64,000 nt of DNA from an uncultured Gemmatimonadales bacterium (GCA_963708135.1 OY970192.1:480001-544000), one strand, 5' to 3'; shown: positions 40,949 through 52,869, numbered from the stretch's first letter. The notes: generated from the sequence alone by a model not told the origin. Made by a program: numbers and translations.

Positions 40949-41991
40949 GCCTCCCCGTGCCCCCCACGATCGAGCCGATGGAGGCAAGGCAGGTGGACGC
41001 GCTGCCGGAGGGCGACGCCTGGGTGTTCGAGCCGAAGTGGGACGGCTTCCGCTGCGTCGCCTTCCGCGATGGCGACGCCGTCGAGCTGCGCTCCAAGGCC
41101 GGCAAGCCGCTCGGCCGCTACTTCCCGGACGTGGTGGACGCGCTGGGCGCCCTCGAGGCCGACCGCTTCGTCCTCGACGGCGAGCTGGTCGTCCCCGTGG
41201 CCGGCCGCCTCTCCTTCGACGACCTGCTGCTGCGCGTGCACCCGGCCGCGAGCCGCGTACGCAAGCTCGCCCGCGAGCACCCCGCTCTCTACATCGCCTT
41301 CGACCTGCTGGTCGACGAGAACGGACGCTCCCTGCTCGACGCGCCGCTCGCGCAACGGAGGGCCACGCTCGAGGGGTTCGCCGCCCGCTTCCTCGCCGGC
41401 GACGGGGCCATCCGCCTCTCCCCGGAAACCTCCGACCGCGCCGCCGCCGCCCGCTGGCTGCGCGGGGGACGGAGCGGCCTCGACGGCGTCATGGCCAAGC
41501 GCGCCGGACTCCCCTACCTCGCCGGCTCCCGCGAGGGCATGGTCAAGGTCAAGAACCTGCGCACGGCCGACTGCGTGGTGGGCGGGTTCCGCTACGCCAC
41601 GCGCGGCCGGGTGGTCGGGTCGCTGCTGCTCGGGCTCTACGACGACGAGGGGCTCCTGCACCACGTGGGCTTCACGTCCGGCCTCAGGGCCGCCGAGCGC
41701 AAGCGCCTCACCACCGAGCTCGAGCCGCTCATCGAGCCGCCCGGCTTCACCGGCAACAAGCCGGGCGGCCCGAGCCGCTGGAGCACCGAGCGCTCCACCG
41801 CCTGGGAGCCGCTCCGCCCCGAGCGCGTGGTCGAGGTGCGCTACGACCACTTCACCGGCGGCCGCTTCCGCCACGGCACCGGCCTCGTGCGCTGGCGCCC
41901 CGACAAGGCGCCCCGCCAGTGCACGTTCGAGCAGGTCGGGACCGAGGGAACCTCGTCGTTGCGGCTGCTGTCCAGCGTGCCCCACCCCTAG
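40945..41991 (+). CDS. ligC: ATP-dependent DNA ligase (LigC-like)
   Basis: EPKWDGFR, LDGELV, AFDLL, DGVMAKR, FRHGT..RWRPDK; GTGA overlap. Confidence 0.88.
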   Translation: MSLPVPPTIEPMEARQVDALPEGDAWVFEPKWDGFRCVAFRDGDAVELRSKAGKPLGRYFPDVVDALGALEADRFVLDGELVVPVAGRLSFDDLLLRVHPAASRVRKLAREHPALYIAFDLLVDENGRSLLDAPLAQRRATLEGFAARFLAGDGAIRLSPETSDRAAAARWLRGGRSGLDGVMAKRAGLPYLAGSREGMVKVKNLRTADCVVGGFRYATRGRVVGSLLLGLYDDEGLLHHVGFTSGLRAAERKRLTTELEPLIEPPGFTGNKPGGPSRWSTERSTAWEPLRPERVVEVRYDHFTGGRFRHGTGLVRWRPDKAPRQCTFEQVGTEGTSSLRLLSSVPHP

Positions 41992-42128
41992 TTCTTCCGT
42001 CGTGGTGGCGCCCGTGGGGCGAGGCGATCGCGCGCGGGCCACACGGAGGGCGGCCGGGCAATGCGGGCCGGGCCGGGCGGCGCCGAATCCGCCGCGCGCC
42101 GTCCGCGGGGCGCATCGGGCTCGCGAGA

Positions 42129-42307
42129 CAGGAAAGTCCCCACGCGTCGGTCCTTGAATCGACGGTTGGGGACTTGACTGCGAATAGCGCGGTAAAGTCC
42201 CCAACGGTTCCAACCGACCTCCGACCGCTGGGGAGTTGACAACGAATAGCGCGGTCAACTCCCCAACCGTCTATCCGCCGGGGGACCGGTGGGGAGTTCA
42301 CGGCGGC
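42129..42307 (-). repeat. 179-bp REP/BIME-like palindromic element, copy 2 (inverted)
   Basis: Reverse complement of 21136-21314; repeat units conserved, spacers diverged. Confidence 0.88.
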
Positions 42308-42560
42308 CGCACGCAAGAGCCGGCGCCCCAGCGGCCGCGGCCAGCGGCGGGGGCGCCCGCCGGCAATGTGGTCGGCGCCGGCGACTGCGGCGTCGGCGGG
42401 GACCGGGGCGCGCGCCGGCGACCGGGGCGGGCCGCCGGGGCCGGCCGCGGCGCGCGCCGGCGCGAACCTCGGGGTTCTGAATCGCCGTGCAGGCATCGGG
42501 CTCAGGTTAGCGCCTCGGCCCCCACCCCCACCCGCACCCGCAGTCCCGCCGTCCAGATGC

Positions 42561-42595
42561 AAGAGGGGGCCGCCCCCCGGACGAAGGCGGCCCCC
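42561..42595 (-). terminator. Putative intrinsic terminator of the csp gene
   Basis: GGGGGCCGCC/GGCGGCCCCC 10-bp stem followed by UCUU on the minus strand. Confidence 0.55.
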
Positions 42596-42621
42596 CGCGA
42601 CCCGCTGCCGGCCGGGGCCGG

Positions 42622-42834
42622 TTACTGGCCGACGCGGACGACGTTCTCGGCGGCGGGGCCTTTCTGGCCCTCCACCCTGTCGAACTCGACCCGCTCACCC
42701 TCGGCCAACGTGCGGAATCCCTGGGCCTGGATCGCCGAGTGGTGGACGAAACAGTCCTTCGAGCCGTCCTCCGGCGTGATGAATCCAAACCCCTTCGCGT
42801 CGTTGAACCACTTCACGGTCCCGGTCGTGCGCAT
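42622..42834 (-). CDS. cspA: Cold-shock protein
   Basis: [15 protein letters not shown]...FVHHSAI...[10 protein letters not shown]. Confidence 0.95.
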   Translation of the reverse strand: MRTTGTVKWFNDAKGFGFITPEDGSKDCFVHHSAIQAQGFRTLAEGERVEFDRVEGQKGPAAENVVRVGQ

Positions 42835-43091
42835 ACCTCGCTCCCCTGAAAATAATGGTGCCGGACGACGCCCTCGTCGTCCGGCGTGGCCGCGGATCGC
42901 GTCCACCCGGCACGCGCCCCGCCGACTGCCGAAATCGGCGCAAAAATACAGCGTGTTCCCCGCTCGCACAACACTTTTGCGCCCCGCATCACCGCGCCGT
43001 TCCCGCGCTCCCTGCCGCCGCCGATCCCGTCGTTGCGCCGGAACGCGCGATCCGGCACCTTGCAGCCACGCGCCTGCACGGGAGAGTCTCC

Positions 43092-44003
43092 ATGGAGATC
43101 GGCATCATCGGCGCCGGCGGCGTCGGCGGGTACTACGGCGGACTGCTAGCGCGCGCGGGCAACGCGGTGCGCGTGCTCGCGCGCGGCGCGCACCTCGATG
43201 CCATGCTGCGCGACGGGCTGGAGGTGCGTACGCCCGAGGAGCGCTTCCGGGCGCGCGTGCTCGCCACCGACGACCCGGAGTCGCTCGCGGGCGTGGACCT
43301 CGCCATCGTCGCCGTGAAGTCCTACGACCTGCCGGGAATCGTGCCCGCCGCCCACGCCGCGGCCAGCGCCGGCGGCGCCGTGCTGCCGCTGCTCAACGGC
43401 GTGGAGGCGGCCGACCAGCTGGCCGAGGCAGGCGTACCCGACGAGAACATCCTCGGCGGCGTCACCTACCTGAGCGCCGTCCGCACGGCGCCCGGCGTCA
43501 TCGAGCGCCTGAGCCCGTTCCAGCGCGTCCTCCTCGGCGAGCGCGGCGAACGAGGACCGAGCCCCCGCGTCGAGGCCATCGCCCGCGCCTTCCGCAGCGC
43601 CGGAGTGGAGGCCACCGTGTCACCCAGCATCGAGATCGAGCTCTGGCGCAAGCTCATCTTCCTCGCCGCCATCTCCTCCGCCTGCGCGCTCGTCGAAGGC
43701 GACATGGCCGCCGTCCGCGCCCGCCCGCTCGGCCACCTCCTCGTCGAGCGCCTCGTGCGCGAGGCCGCCGCCGTCGCCCGCGCCGACCGCGTCGCCCTGC
43801 CGCAAGGCGAGGAGCGCACCGCGCTCCGCCTCATCGAGTCTCTGCCCGACGGGATGCGCCCCTCCTTCCTGCTCGACTACCTCGCCCGCGGCCCCAACGA
43901 GCTCGACATCCTGAGCGGCGCCGTGGCCCGCATCGGCCGCCGGCACGCCCTCGAGACGCCCGTCCACGATGCGGCCATCACGGTGCTCTCGCGGCGTGGC
44001 TGA
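43092..44003 (+). CDS. panE: Ketopantoate reductase family protein
   Basis: [30 protein letters not shown]...ELD. Confidence 0.88.
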   Translation: MEIGIIGAGGVGGYYGGLLARAGNAVRVLARGAHLDAMLRDGLEVRTPEERFRARVLATDDPESLAGVDLAIVAVKSYDLPGIVPAAHAAASAGGAVLPLLNGVEAADQLAEAGVPDENILGGVTYLSAVRTAPGVIERLSPFQRVLLGERGERGPSPRVEAIARAFRSAGVEATVSPSIEIELWRKLIFLAAISSACALVEGDMAAVRARPLGHLLVERLVREAAAVARADRVALPQGEERTALRLIESLPDGMRPSFLLDYLARGPNELDILSGAVARIGRRHALETPVHDAAITVLSRRG

Positions 44004-44411
44004 GCGACAAGCCGAGCCCGAGCGACCGCCGAGGCCCGTGCTCGCAGAAGACCCTTGACAACGGCTTCGTCGCGTACAAGGTAGTATACAATCACGCGCC
44101 CCCCCGCACGGGGACGTGCCATCACCCTGACATGGCGACGCGCGTACGAGACGGGGCCGGCCTTACGGACCAGGCTCCTGAGTTCCGTACGGTCGTGTCC
44201 CGGGCCTGTGGGCGCGGGCCGGGGTCATCCCGCGAGGGCCGACGTCGGCCGGCGCTGCACGTCCACGCATCGATCCAGAGGAGGAGCCATCCAGGACGCC
44301 AGGGCGGAAGCCTGACTTGGGAGCGGCTGGATGTCAGCGGTATTGGCCGAGGGGGGACGTGTCCGCGCGACGCGCTCGCCCTCCGAAGCGGACGCCGAGC
44401 TGGAGGCGAAG

Positions 44412-47400
44412 ATGACTGAGACCTGCGGGGTCCCCGGAACGCACCGTGGACGGAGCGCATGGGCCGTGGCCGCGTTCCTCCTGCTTTTCCTTCTGGGGGG
44501 CGCCCTTCCTGGCGCTGCTCAACAGAGCGTGGCGGGGCGGGTGATCAACGCCGCGACGGGTGAGGGCCTGGGCGGTGCCCAGATCCAGATCGTCGGGACC
44601 AACCGGGGGGCAATCGCGGGTGACGACGGGCGTTTCGTGCTGCCCGACGTGCAGGGCTCGACGGTGACTCTCCGGGTTGTGATGCTGGGCTACAAGACGC
44701 TGCAGCGGGAGGTCCAGCCGGGGAACAACGGGCTGGAGCTGGCGTTGACGCCCACGCCGGTGAGTCTCGATGCGCTCATGGTCACGGGCACCGCCGGTGG
44801 CACACGGGCGCGCGCCGTCGGCAACTCGATCGCCCAGGTGGGGGCGAGCGACATCCAACGGATCGCTCCCCAGGCGAGCGTGCAGAGCCTGCTGAGCTCG
44901 CGGGTGGCGGGGATGGCCATGATGAGCGGCAGCGGTGAGGTCGGCGGCGGGGAAGTCACGGCCATTCGTGGCGTGGGGAGCCTCTCCCTGTCCCATCAGC
45001 CGCTCATCTACGTGGACGGCGTCCGCGTCAACAACGACCAGATCGATTACACGGTTGCCTTCTCCGGCGGGTATGGTGGAGACGGGCCGTCGCGCCTCAA
45101 CGACCTGGACCCGGACGCGATCCAGTCCATCGAGGTGATCAAGGGACCGGCGGCCGCGACCCTGTACGGCACCGAGGCGTCGAACGGCGTCATCCAGATC
45201 ATCACGAAGAGGGGCCGCACACAGGATGCGAGCTGGGACTTCCGGGTGGATGAAGGGATGACGAATCTGCCGAATGCGGACAAGAAGTATCCCACGATCT
45301 ACGGAACCCAGGACGGGCAGCTCGTCAGCCTGAACCTCATCGACAACGACATCAAGAACGGCTTCGGCAGCCCGTTCAGCACCGGGCACAACCAGGGATA
45401 CGGTGCGAGCGTCCGGGGCGGCACCGACCGCTTCCGCTACTACCTCTCGGGAGACTGGGACCGCCAGGAGGGGATCGTCTCCTACAACTGGCAGAACAAG
45501 CTCAACCTGCGCAGCAACCTGGACTACGTGCTCGGCGACAAGCTGGACGTCGCGGTGAGCCTGAGCACGATCCAGGAGAAGACGCAGGCCGGATCCGCCG
45601 AGCAGCCGATCACGACGGGCATCATCTGGGGGCTCACGTCGCTGAAGGACACGCCGTTCCGAGGCTACATCACCCCGCCGCCGGAGGACTTCTCGAAGTA
45701 CATCCACGGCATCGACAACCTGAATCGGAACATCCTGAGCATCCAGCTCAGGAGCCACCCCACGGCCTGGTTCACGCACCGCCTCACGGTGGGGACGGAC
45801 GTCGGGGCCAACCGGTCCACCTACCTCGCCGACCGGACGCCACAGCAGCCGGGGCCCTTCGGGAGTGAGAACCAGGGCGACAAGATCGTGGAGAACAAGA
45901 AGAACACGTTCTTCACCCTCGACTATTCGGCGACGGCGGCCTTCGACCTCTCCCCGGATTTCCGCTCCGAGACTTCGGGAGGAGCCCAGTTCTACCGGAA
46001 ATCGCAGGACGATGACCAGACGGAGGGACAGGTCTTCCCCCTGCCGGGCGTAACGACGGTCAGCAGCGGCGCCAGCCGCTTCGCCTCCGAGGACTTCTTC
46101 GAGAACCGGACCATGGGCCTGTACGCCCAGGAGCAGGTGTCGTGGAAGAACCGCTTCTTCGTCACCGGGGCTGTCCGGGGGGACGACAACTCGGCCTTCG
46201 GCACGAACTACAATTTCGTCACCTACCCGAAGGCGAGCGTGTCCTGGGTCGCCAGCGAGGAGAGCTTCCTGAAGCACGTCTCCTGGCTGAACGCCCTCAA
46301 GCTGCGGGGGGCGTGGGGAGAGGCCGGTGAGCAGCCCGACGTCTTCGCGGCCGTTCAGCTCTACACCCCCTCGGTGGGTCCCGGGGGAAGCCCCACGGTC
46401 ACGATGAACAACCTGGGGAACCCCAACCTGAAGCCGGAGGTGGGCAAGGAGCTCGAGCTGGGCTTCGATGCGAGTTTCTTCTCCGACCGGCTGGGTGTGA
46501 ACTTCACCTATTACAACAAGACCACGGTGAACGGTATCCTCCAGGGCCCCGTGAAGCCCTCGCTCGGGTTCCCCGGATACCAGTACGTCAACCTCGGGAG
46601 GTACGACAACAAGGGGGTGGAGCTGGGGCTGACGGGTGACGTGCTCCGGACGCGGAACCTGGGCTGGAGCCTGGGCCTGCAGCTGTCCACGAACCACAAC
46701 GTGGTCCAGGACCTGGGGGGAATCGACATCGCCCCGAGCGGGACGGCGGCGAACCAGTACCAGTACGTGGGATTCCCTCTCAGCGGCATCTTCCAGAAGA
46801 AGGTGGTGAGCGCCGAATTCGACGCAAACGGGAGCGTGACGAACATCCTCTGCGATGGCGGCACGGGGAAGCTGGGGTTGGAGCAGGGCGGAGCGGGCGT
46901 TGCGTGCAGCCAGGCACCCGCGGTCTACTGGGGCCAGCCGACGCCCACCTGGTGGGGCAGCGTGAACACCAAGCTCACGCTCTGGCGGAGGTTCAACCTC
47001 TACGCCATGGGCGACTTCACCGGCGGCAACATGATCGTGAAGGGTGATGTGGCCGCCTCGCACATCTTCTTCCGCAACTCCAAGTGCATCAACGAGCACC
47101 CCATCTGTAGCCCCATCCTGGCGGCGTATGACGCCATGGGGGAATGGCTCGGAGTCGGAACCATGAAGGCGGGCTTCAGCAAGCTGCGCGACGTCTCCTT
47201 GAGCTACACGCTGCCCCGGAGCGCCGTCTCGCGGGTGGGAGCCTCGGCGGGCTCGATCACCTTCAGCGGCAAGAACCTGGCGACGCTCTGGATCGCGCAG
47301 AACGGAACCTACGGACTCCATGTGGTGGACCCGGAGATCCGCAAGCAGTCGTCCCTGCTGGACGCCTACGTCCAGGAGCAGTGGCCCCAGTTCACGACGT

Positions 47401-47429
47401 GGACCATGAGCGTCCGCCTGAGCTTCTGA
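44412..47429 (+). CDS. SusC/RagA-like TonB-dependent receptor (start approximate)
   Basis: PLIYVDGV, IEVIKGPAAATLYGTEASNGVIQIITK, GNPNLKPE, terminal F. Confidence 0.93.
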   Translation: MTETCGVPGTHRGRSAWAVAAFLLLFLLGGALPGAAQQSVAGRVINAATGEGLGGAQIQIVGTNRGAIAGDDGRFVLPDVQGSTVTLRVVMLGYKTLQREVQPGNNGLELALTPTPVSLDALMVTGTAGGTRARAVGNSIAQVGASDIQRIAPQASVQSLLSSRVAGMAMMSGSGEVGGGEVTAIRGVGSLSLSHQPLIYVDGVRVNNDQIDYTVAFSGGYGGDGPSRLNDLDPDAIQSIEVIKGPAAATLYGTEASNGVIQIITKRGRTQDASWDFRVDEGMTNLPNADKKYPTIYGTQDGQLVSLNLIDNDIKNGFGSPFSTGHNQGYGASVRGGTDRFRYYLSGDWDRQEGIVSYNWQNKLNLRSNLDYVLGDKLDVAVSLSTIQEKTQAGSAEQPITTGIIWGLTSLKDTPFRGYITPPPEDFSKYIHGIDNLNRNILSIQLRSHPTAWFTHRLTVGTDVGANRSTYLADRTPQQPGPFGSENQGDKIVENKKNTFFTLDYSATAAFDLSPDFRSETSGGAQFYRKSQDDDQTEGQVFPLPGVTTVSSGASRFASEDFFENRTMGLYAQEQVSWKNRFFVTGAVRGDDNSAFGTNYNFVTYPKASVSWVASEESFLKHVSWLNALKLRGAWGEAGEQPDVFAAVQLYTPSVGPGGSPTVTMNNLGNPNLKPEVGKELELGFDASFFSDRLGVNFTYYNKTTVNGILQGPVKPSLGFPGYQYVNLGRYDNKGVELGLTGDVLRTRNLGWSLGLQLSTNHNVVQDLGGIDIAPSGTAANQYQYVGFPLSGIFQKKVVSAEFDANGSVTNILCDGGTGKLGLEQGGAGVACSQAPAVYWGQPTPTWWGSVNTKLTLWRRFNLYAMGDFTGGNMIVKGDVAASHIFFRNSKCINEHPICSPILAAYDAMGEWLGVGTMKAGFSKLRDVSLSYTLPRSAVSRVGASAGSITFSGKNLATLWIAQNGTYGLHVVDPEIRKQSSLLDAYVQEQWPQFTTWTMSVRLSF

Positions 47430-47440
47430 GGAGGCGAGCG

Positions 47441-48706
47441 ATGAGCACGAACACCAAGAAGTGCTCCCGGTGGGCCGTCCTGGCGCTCGCCGCGGTGGCT
47501 GTCGGCGCGGGGCTCGCCGGATGTGACCGGCTCCTTTCCGTGACGGCGCCCGGCCAGATTCCCACCGAGAAGCTTAACGATCCCGGCCTCAGCGAGATGC
47601 TGGTGAACAGCGTGATCGCAGACTTCGAGTGCGCCTACGACAACTACACCTTCGGGGCCTCCACCCAGAGCGACGAGATGTGGCAGTCGTCGGGGAACCT
47701 GGAGATGCGGAACTGGGGCGACCGGAAGATCACCGCTGACTTCGACAACTACGTGAACGGAAGCTGCGGCGGAGCCGGCTTCGGGCTCTGGCGGACCCTG
47801 CACGCGGCGCGCTACCAGGCCGAGACCAACTTCAAGCTGGTCAGCGACTTCCCCGATTCCGTGGTCGCCGACAAGGCCGCGAAGCTCGCCACGATCATGG
47901 TTTACGGCGCCTACGTCTACACCTTCCTGGGGGAGACCTTCTGCCAGGTGACCGTGGACGGCGGCTCACCCATGGACCCGCCGGCGGTGCTCGCCATCGC
48001 CGACGACCACTTCACGCAGGCGATCCAGCTCGCGCAGCAGGCCAACGACACGGACATCCTCGACCTTGCCTTCGTCGGGCGGGCACGCACCCGGCTGGAC
48101 CTGAAACGGTACGCCAATGCCCGCGCGGACGCCGCGCAGGTGCCGCAGGGCTTCGAGTTCTACGCCACCCGCTCCCCCGACGTGCCCTCGCGGTTCAACA
48201 AGGCCAGGACCCAGTTCGACGAGGGCGGCCACGAGACGGTGGCCGCCGGCTTCCGGAATCTGACCTGGAAGGGCGTGCCGGACCCCCGGACCAACGTCTA
48301 CGACGCGGGGCGGCTGGGGTTCGACGGCGTCAGCGAGCTCTGGCTCTCCGACAAGTACCCCGACAGGGGCAGCCCCATCCGACTCGCCTCGTGGGAAGAG
48401 GCCCAGCTCATCATCGCCGAGGCCGCGGCCAACACGGGCGATGATGCCACGGCGGTCTCCATCATCAACGAGTTGCACGCCCAGAACGGGCTGCCCGCTT
48501 ACGATCCGGTCAGCGACGGCCCGGTCATGCAACACATCATCCAGGAGCGGAGCCGCGAGCTGTTCCAGCAGGGGGGACAACGGCTGAACGACATGCTGCG
48601 CTTCAATCTCCCGTTCTTCACAGGCAAAGACCAGGTCGGCCAGGATTACGGCACCACGACGTGCTTCCCCCTGCCGGCGGTAGAGGGGGTCGGGAGCGGC
48701 GGTTGA
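47441..48706 (+). CDS. SusD/RagB-like lipoprotein
   Basis: LAGC lipobox, EEAQLIIAEA, ERSRELFQQGGQRLNDMLR. Confidence 0.88.
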   Translation: MSTNTKKCSRWAVLALAAVAVGAGLAGCDRLLSVTAPGQIPTEKLNDPGLSEMLVNSVIADFECAYDNYTFGASTQSDEMWQSSGNLEMRNWGDRKITADFDNYVNGSCGGAGFGLWRTLHAARYQAETNFKLVSDFPDSVVADKAAKLATIMVYGAYVYTFLGETFCQVTVDGGSPMDPPAVLAIADDHFTQAIQLAQQANDTDILDLAFVGRARTRLDLKRYANARADAAQVPQGFEFYATRSPDVPSRFNKARTQFDEGGHETVAAGFRNLTWKGVPDPRTNVYDAGRLGFDGVSELWLSDKYPDRGSPIRLASWEEAQLIIAEAAANTGDDATAVSIINELHAQNGLPAYDPVSDGPVMQHIIQERSRELFQQGGQRLNDMLRFNLPFFTGKDQVGQDYGTTTCFPLPAVEGVGSGG

Positions 48707-48760
48707 GGCGCCGCGCCGCGCGCCGCCGCATCCACGAGCCGGCGCGCGGCGGCGCCGCCG

Positions 48761-49231
48761 TCAGGGATGGGGCTCCCCCGGGCGCCGCCGGCCGGGCGGC
48801 GGCAGCTCGGTCTCGATCGGCCCCTCCGCGGCCACCAGCCGCTGCACGCGCGCGTTCAGGCGGCCGAGCAGGATGCGGGCGGCGCGCAGGTCGTGGTTGG
48901 ACTCGATCAGCATGAGCGCCATGTCGCCGGCGCCCCAGAGGAATCCCGCGAACACGACCAGCCGCGTCGCCTCGACGAGCAGCGTGGGCAGCGCGCTCTG
49001 GCCCTGCTGCACCAGCCCCAGGACCACCTCGCCCACGAGCAGCAGCAGGAGCAGGATGGCCAGCACCTTGAAGAGGCGGGCGACGTAGCGGAGCCCGGCG
49101 TGCGGCTCGAGGTCCGTCTCGCGGATGTCGAGGTCCGGGCCGGCGGGCTCGGTCTCGGCGGGCGCGTGCTCGGCGGCGTCGCCGGCACGGCGCTCGACGG
49201 GGTCGTGGGTGTCCTGCGGTGTGTGGTTCAC
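48761..49231 (-). CDS. Hypothetical two-TM membrane protein
   Basis: GGAG RBS, two hydrophobic helices, GC3-rich codons. Confidence 0.7.
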   Translation of the reverse strand: MNHTPQDTHDPVERRAGDAAEHAPAETEPAGPDLDIRETDLEPHAGLRYVARLFKVLAILLLLLLVGEVVLGLVQQGQSALPTLLVEATRLVVFAGFLWGAGDMALMLIESNHDLRAARILLGRLNARVQRLVAAEGPIETELPPPGRRRPGEPHP

Positions 49232-49259
49232 GATGGGCTCCTCGAGCTCGGACGCCGGG

Positions 49260-50423
49260 CTACCACGGGCCCCAACGCGCGTGGTAGCCGCGGGCGTCGA
49301 TGTGGACGAACCCCCAGTGCGCGCCCGTGGGCGCGTAGACGCCGATGCCGCCGACGAGGTCCGGGTGCTCGCGCTCGACCCGGTCGGCGGCGCGCGCGAG
49401 CACGCGCGCGTCCTTCACGTCGATGCGGCCGTCGCCGTTCAGGTCGTCCATCCGGCCGTCGTGGTCGTTGTCGATGTAGACGTCGGCGGCATCGCCGTAC
49501 ATGTGGCGGGAGAGCGAGGCGCGCCCCTCCGTGTTGCCGCCGTTCTCGTTGTAGCTGGGCGTGCGGAATCCGCTGATGAAGCCGAGGTTCGAGACCGGGT
49601 GGCCCTCGCGGCCGAGCTCCTGCAGGGTCAGCTCCAGCTTGTCGAGGATGCGCGGGGAGAGCGCGATGTACTTCGGCCATACGGCGGCCTGTCCCTTGGT
49701 CAGGAAGTCGCGCAGCCGGATGTGCTCCGAGATGCGCATGTCCTCGTTCTGCGGCGTGACGCGGATGAAGCCGCGCGGCGGCGCGTAGGCCGGCGTGCGC
49801 GGCGTGCCGCCGTGCTCCCACGGCCACTCGCCGAGCAGGTAGTCGCCAATGCGGCCGGCCTGCTTCTCCGACGCAGGGACCTCGGTGACGACGTGCAGGT
49901 CCGGCACGGCGCGGGCCGCATCGCCGAGGCGCACGAGCAGCGTCCAGATCCCGGCCGAGGAGGGCCTGGCTCCGGCGGGCAGCGTGTCCGCCGGTGCGGC
50001 GGAGCCGCCGGCGGGAGCGAAGCCGACGCGGGCGCCGGGCGGCAGGAGCGAGTCGGGGGCGGGCAGCGGCTCGCCCGGCGGCGCGATGATGATGGAGAGC
50101 TTGCCGCTCTCGCCCCGGTACGGCTCGCCCGCGGCCAGGCGGCGGGTGGCCGCCTCCAGCAGGAAACGCGCGTCCGGGGTGGTGGTGGCGGAGAGCGGGT
50201 CGGCGGCCAGCCGGCCGTGGAGCAGCGGGGCGGGGCCCGCGGTGGCGACGCTCTCGCCGATGGCGTAGGCCCAGCCCACGACGAACGCCGCCACGAGCAG
50301 CGTCGCCGCCGCGCGGAACCAGCGCTCGGCCGGCGGTGTCATTCCCGGTCGCTCCAGCCGCGCGCGGAACCGGCGACGGAGCGAGCCGCCTCGTCTCGCG
50401 GTGCTCATGGCGGGCAGGCTCAT
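49260..50423 (-). CDS. Peptidase M15/YcbK-like zinc metallopeptidase, membrane-anchored (start uncertain)
   Basis: SGFRTPSYN, SRHMYGDAAD (Hx6D), FVHIDARG. Confidence 0.8.
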   Translation of the reverse strand: MSLPAMSTARRGGSLRRRFRARLERPGMTPPAERWFRAAATLLVAAFVVGWAYAIGESVATAGPAPLLHGRLAADPLSATTTPDARFLLEAATRRLAAGEPYRGESGKLSIIIAPPGEPLPAPDSLLPPGARVGFAPAGGSAAPADTLPAGARPSSAGIWTLLVRLGDAARAVPDLHVVTEVPASEKQAGRIGDYLLGEWPWEHGGTPRTPAYAPPRGFIRVTPQNEDMRISEHIRLRDFLTKGQAAVWPKYIALSPRILDKLELTLQELGREGHPVSNLGFISGFRTPSYNENGGNTEGRASLSRHMYGDAADVYIDNDHDGRMDDLNGDGRIDVKDARVLARAADRVEREHPDLVGGIGVYAPTGAHWGFVHIDARGYHARWGPW

Positions 50424-50507
50424 ACAGCAACCGTGCCGGCGCCTCGCCAGGGCCGGCGCCCACCGCTATCTTCGCGCGTCACGCTTTCCGGGGGAGAAGA
50501 GAGACGC

Positions 50508-51271
50508 ATGGCCAAGCGCCGCACGACGCAGGGGAAGAAGCCGGGGGCGAGGAGCGGGCCGGCGCGGGGGAAGGGGAAGCCCGCCTCGTTCGGGGGCTGG
50601 GCGCTGGACTGGCTCAAGTCCATCGCGGTCGCGCTGCTGCTGTTCCTGGTCATCCGGACGTTCCTGGTGCAGACCTTCACGATCACGTCCGGCTCGATGG
50701 AGAACACGCTGCTGGTCGGTGACTGGCTGATGATCTCGAAGCTGGCCTACGGCCCGCAGATCCCGTTCACCCACGCGCGGCTGCCCGGCTACTCGCATCC
50801 GGAGCGCGGCGACGTGGCGGTGTTCAAGCCGCCGCCGCCGGACGAGACGGACCTGGATGTCGTGAAACGCATCATCGGCATGCCCGGCGACACGCTCTCG
50901 ATGCGGCGCGCCGTCCTCTACATCGACGGCAAGCCGCAGGTCGAGCCGTACGTGATCCACACGAACGCGGAGGGGAACGGCTCACACCCGTGGATGGTGT
51001 GGCAGAAGCAGTACCTGGTGGCTGGCGTGAACCCCGCGACCTACCATCCGACGCGCGACGACTGGGGGCCGATCGTGGTCCCGCCGCACCACTACTTCAT
51101 GATGGGCGACAACCGCGACGACAGCCTGGACTCGCGCTTCTGGGGGTTCCTGCCGGAAGCCAACTTCGAGGGCCGCGCCTTCTTCATCTACTTCTCCTAC
51201 GACTCGCAGGCGCTGGATCCGTTCCCGTTCATCCAGGACATCCGGTGGCATCGGGTGGGGAAGGTGATCCG

Positions 51272-51275
<4 letters not shown>
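50508..51275 (+). CDS. lepB: Signal peptidase I
   Basis: [29 protein letters not shown]. Confidence 0.95.
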
Positions 51276-51765
<490 letters not shown>

Positions 51766-51769
<4 letters not shown>

Positions 51770-52869
51770 GGGTCGGCATCCTCGGGGGTGGCCAGCTCGG
51801 GCGGATGCTGGCGTTGGCCGGCTATCCCCTCGGGCTCCGCTTCCGCTGCCTCGAGCCGTCCGAGGAGGCGCCGATGGGCCACCTGGCGGACCTCGAGCTC
51901 GGCGCCTATGACGACCCCGCCGCGCTCGACCGGTTCGCGGAGGGGCTCGACGTCGCCACGTACGAGTTCGAGAACGTGCCCGTCACGTCCGCGCGGCGGC
52001 TCGAGCGGCGCGTGCCCGTCTACCCGCCGCCAGCCGCGCTCGAGGTGGCGCAGGACCGGCTGGCCGAGAAGCGGGCGTTCGAGGCGGCCGGCATCCCGGT
52101 GCCGCCGTACGCGCCGGTGGACGACCTCGCCGGACTGCGCGCGGGGCTGGAGGAGATCGGCACCCCCGCCGTGCTCAAGACCCGGCGCATGGGCTACGAC
52201 GGCAAGGGGCAGTTCGTGCTGCGGCAGGCGGCGGACGCGGACGCGGCGTGGGACGCGATCGGCGGGGTGCCGCTGCTGCTCGAGGCGTTCGTCGCCTTCG
52301 AGCGCGAGGTGTCGGTGCTGGCCGTGCGCGGCCGCACGGGCGAGACGCTCTTCTATCCGCTGGTCGAGAACCACCACCGCGACGGGATCCTGCGGCTCTC
52401 GCTCGCTCCGGCGCCCGCGCTGGATCCGGCCCTCCAGGCGCTCGCCGAGGGGCACGCCGGCCGGCTGCTCGAGCGGCTCGGCTACGTGGGCGTGCTGGCC
52501 ATCGAGTTCTTCCAGGAGCGCGGGCAGCTGCTGGCCAACGAGATGGCGCCGCGCGTCCACAACTCCGGCCACTGGTCCATCGAGGGCGCCGAGACGAGCC
52601 AGTTCGAGAACCACCTGCGGGCCGTGCTCGGCCATCCGCTCGGCCCCGCCCGCTGCCGCGGCGTCTCCGCGATGCTGAACATCATCGCCGAGGCCCCCGC
52701 ACCGGACGCGCTGCTCGGCGCCGTGCCGGACGCCCACCTGCACTACTACGACAAGGCGCCCAAGCCGGGCAGGAAGCTCGGCCACGTCACGCTACGTGGG
52801 GAGGATGCGGCGGCCCTCGCGGCGCCGCTCGCGCGCATGCGGGCGCTGCTCTATCCGGATCCGGGGTAG
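51766..52869 (+). CDS. purK: N5-CAIR synthase
   Basis: [39 protein letters not shown]. Confidence 0.97.

Noticed and set aside
44090..44411. Cobalamin or TPP riboswitch before the TonB receptor
   Set aside because: B12-box and TPP consensus motifs not found by eye; an Rfam scan would be needed to exclude it
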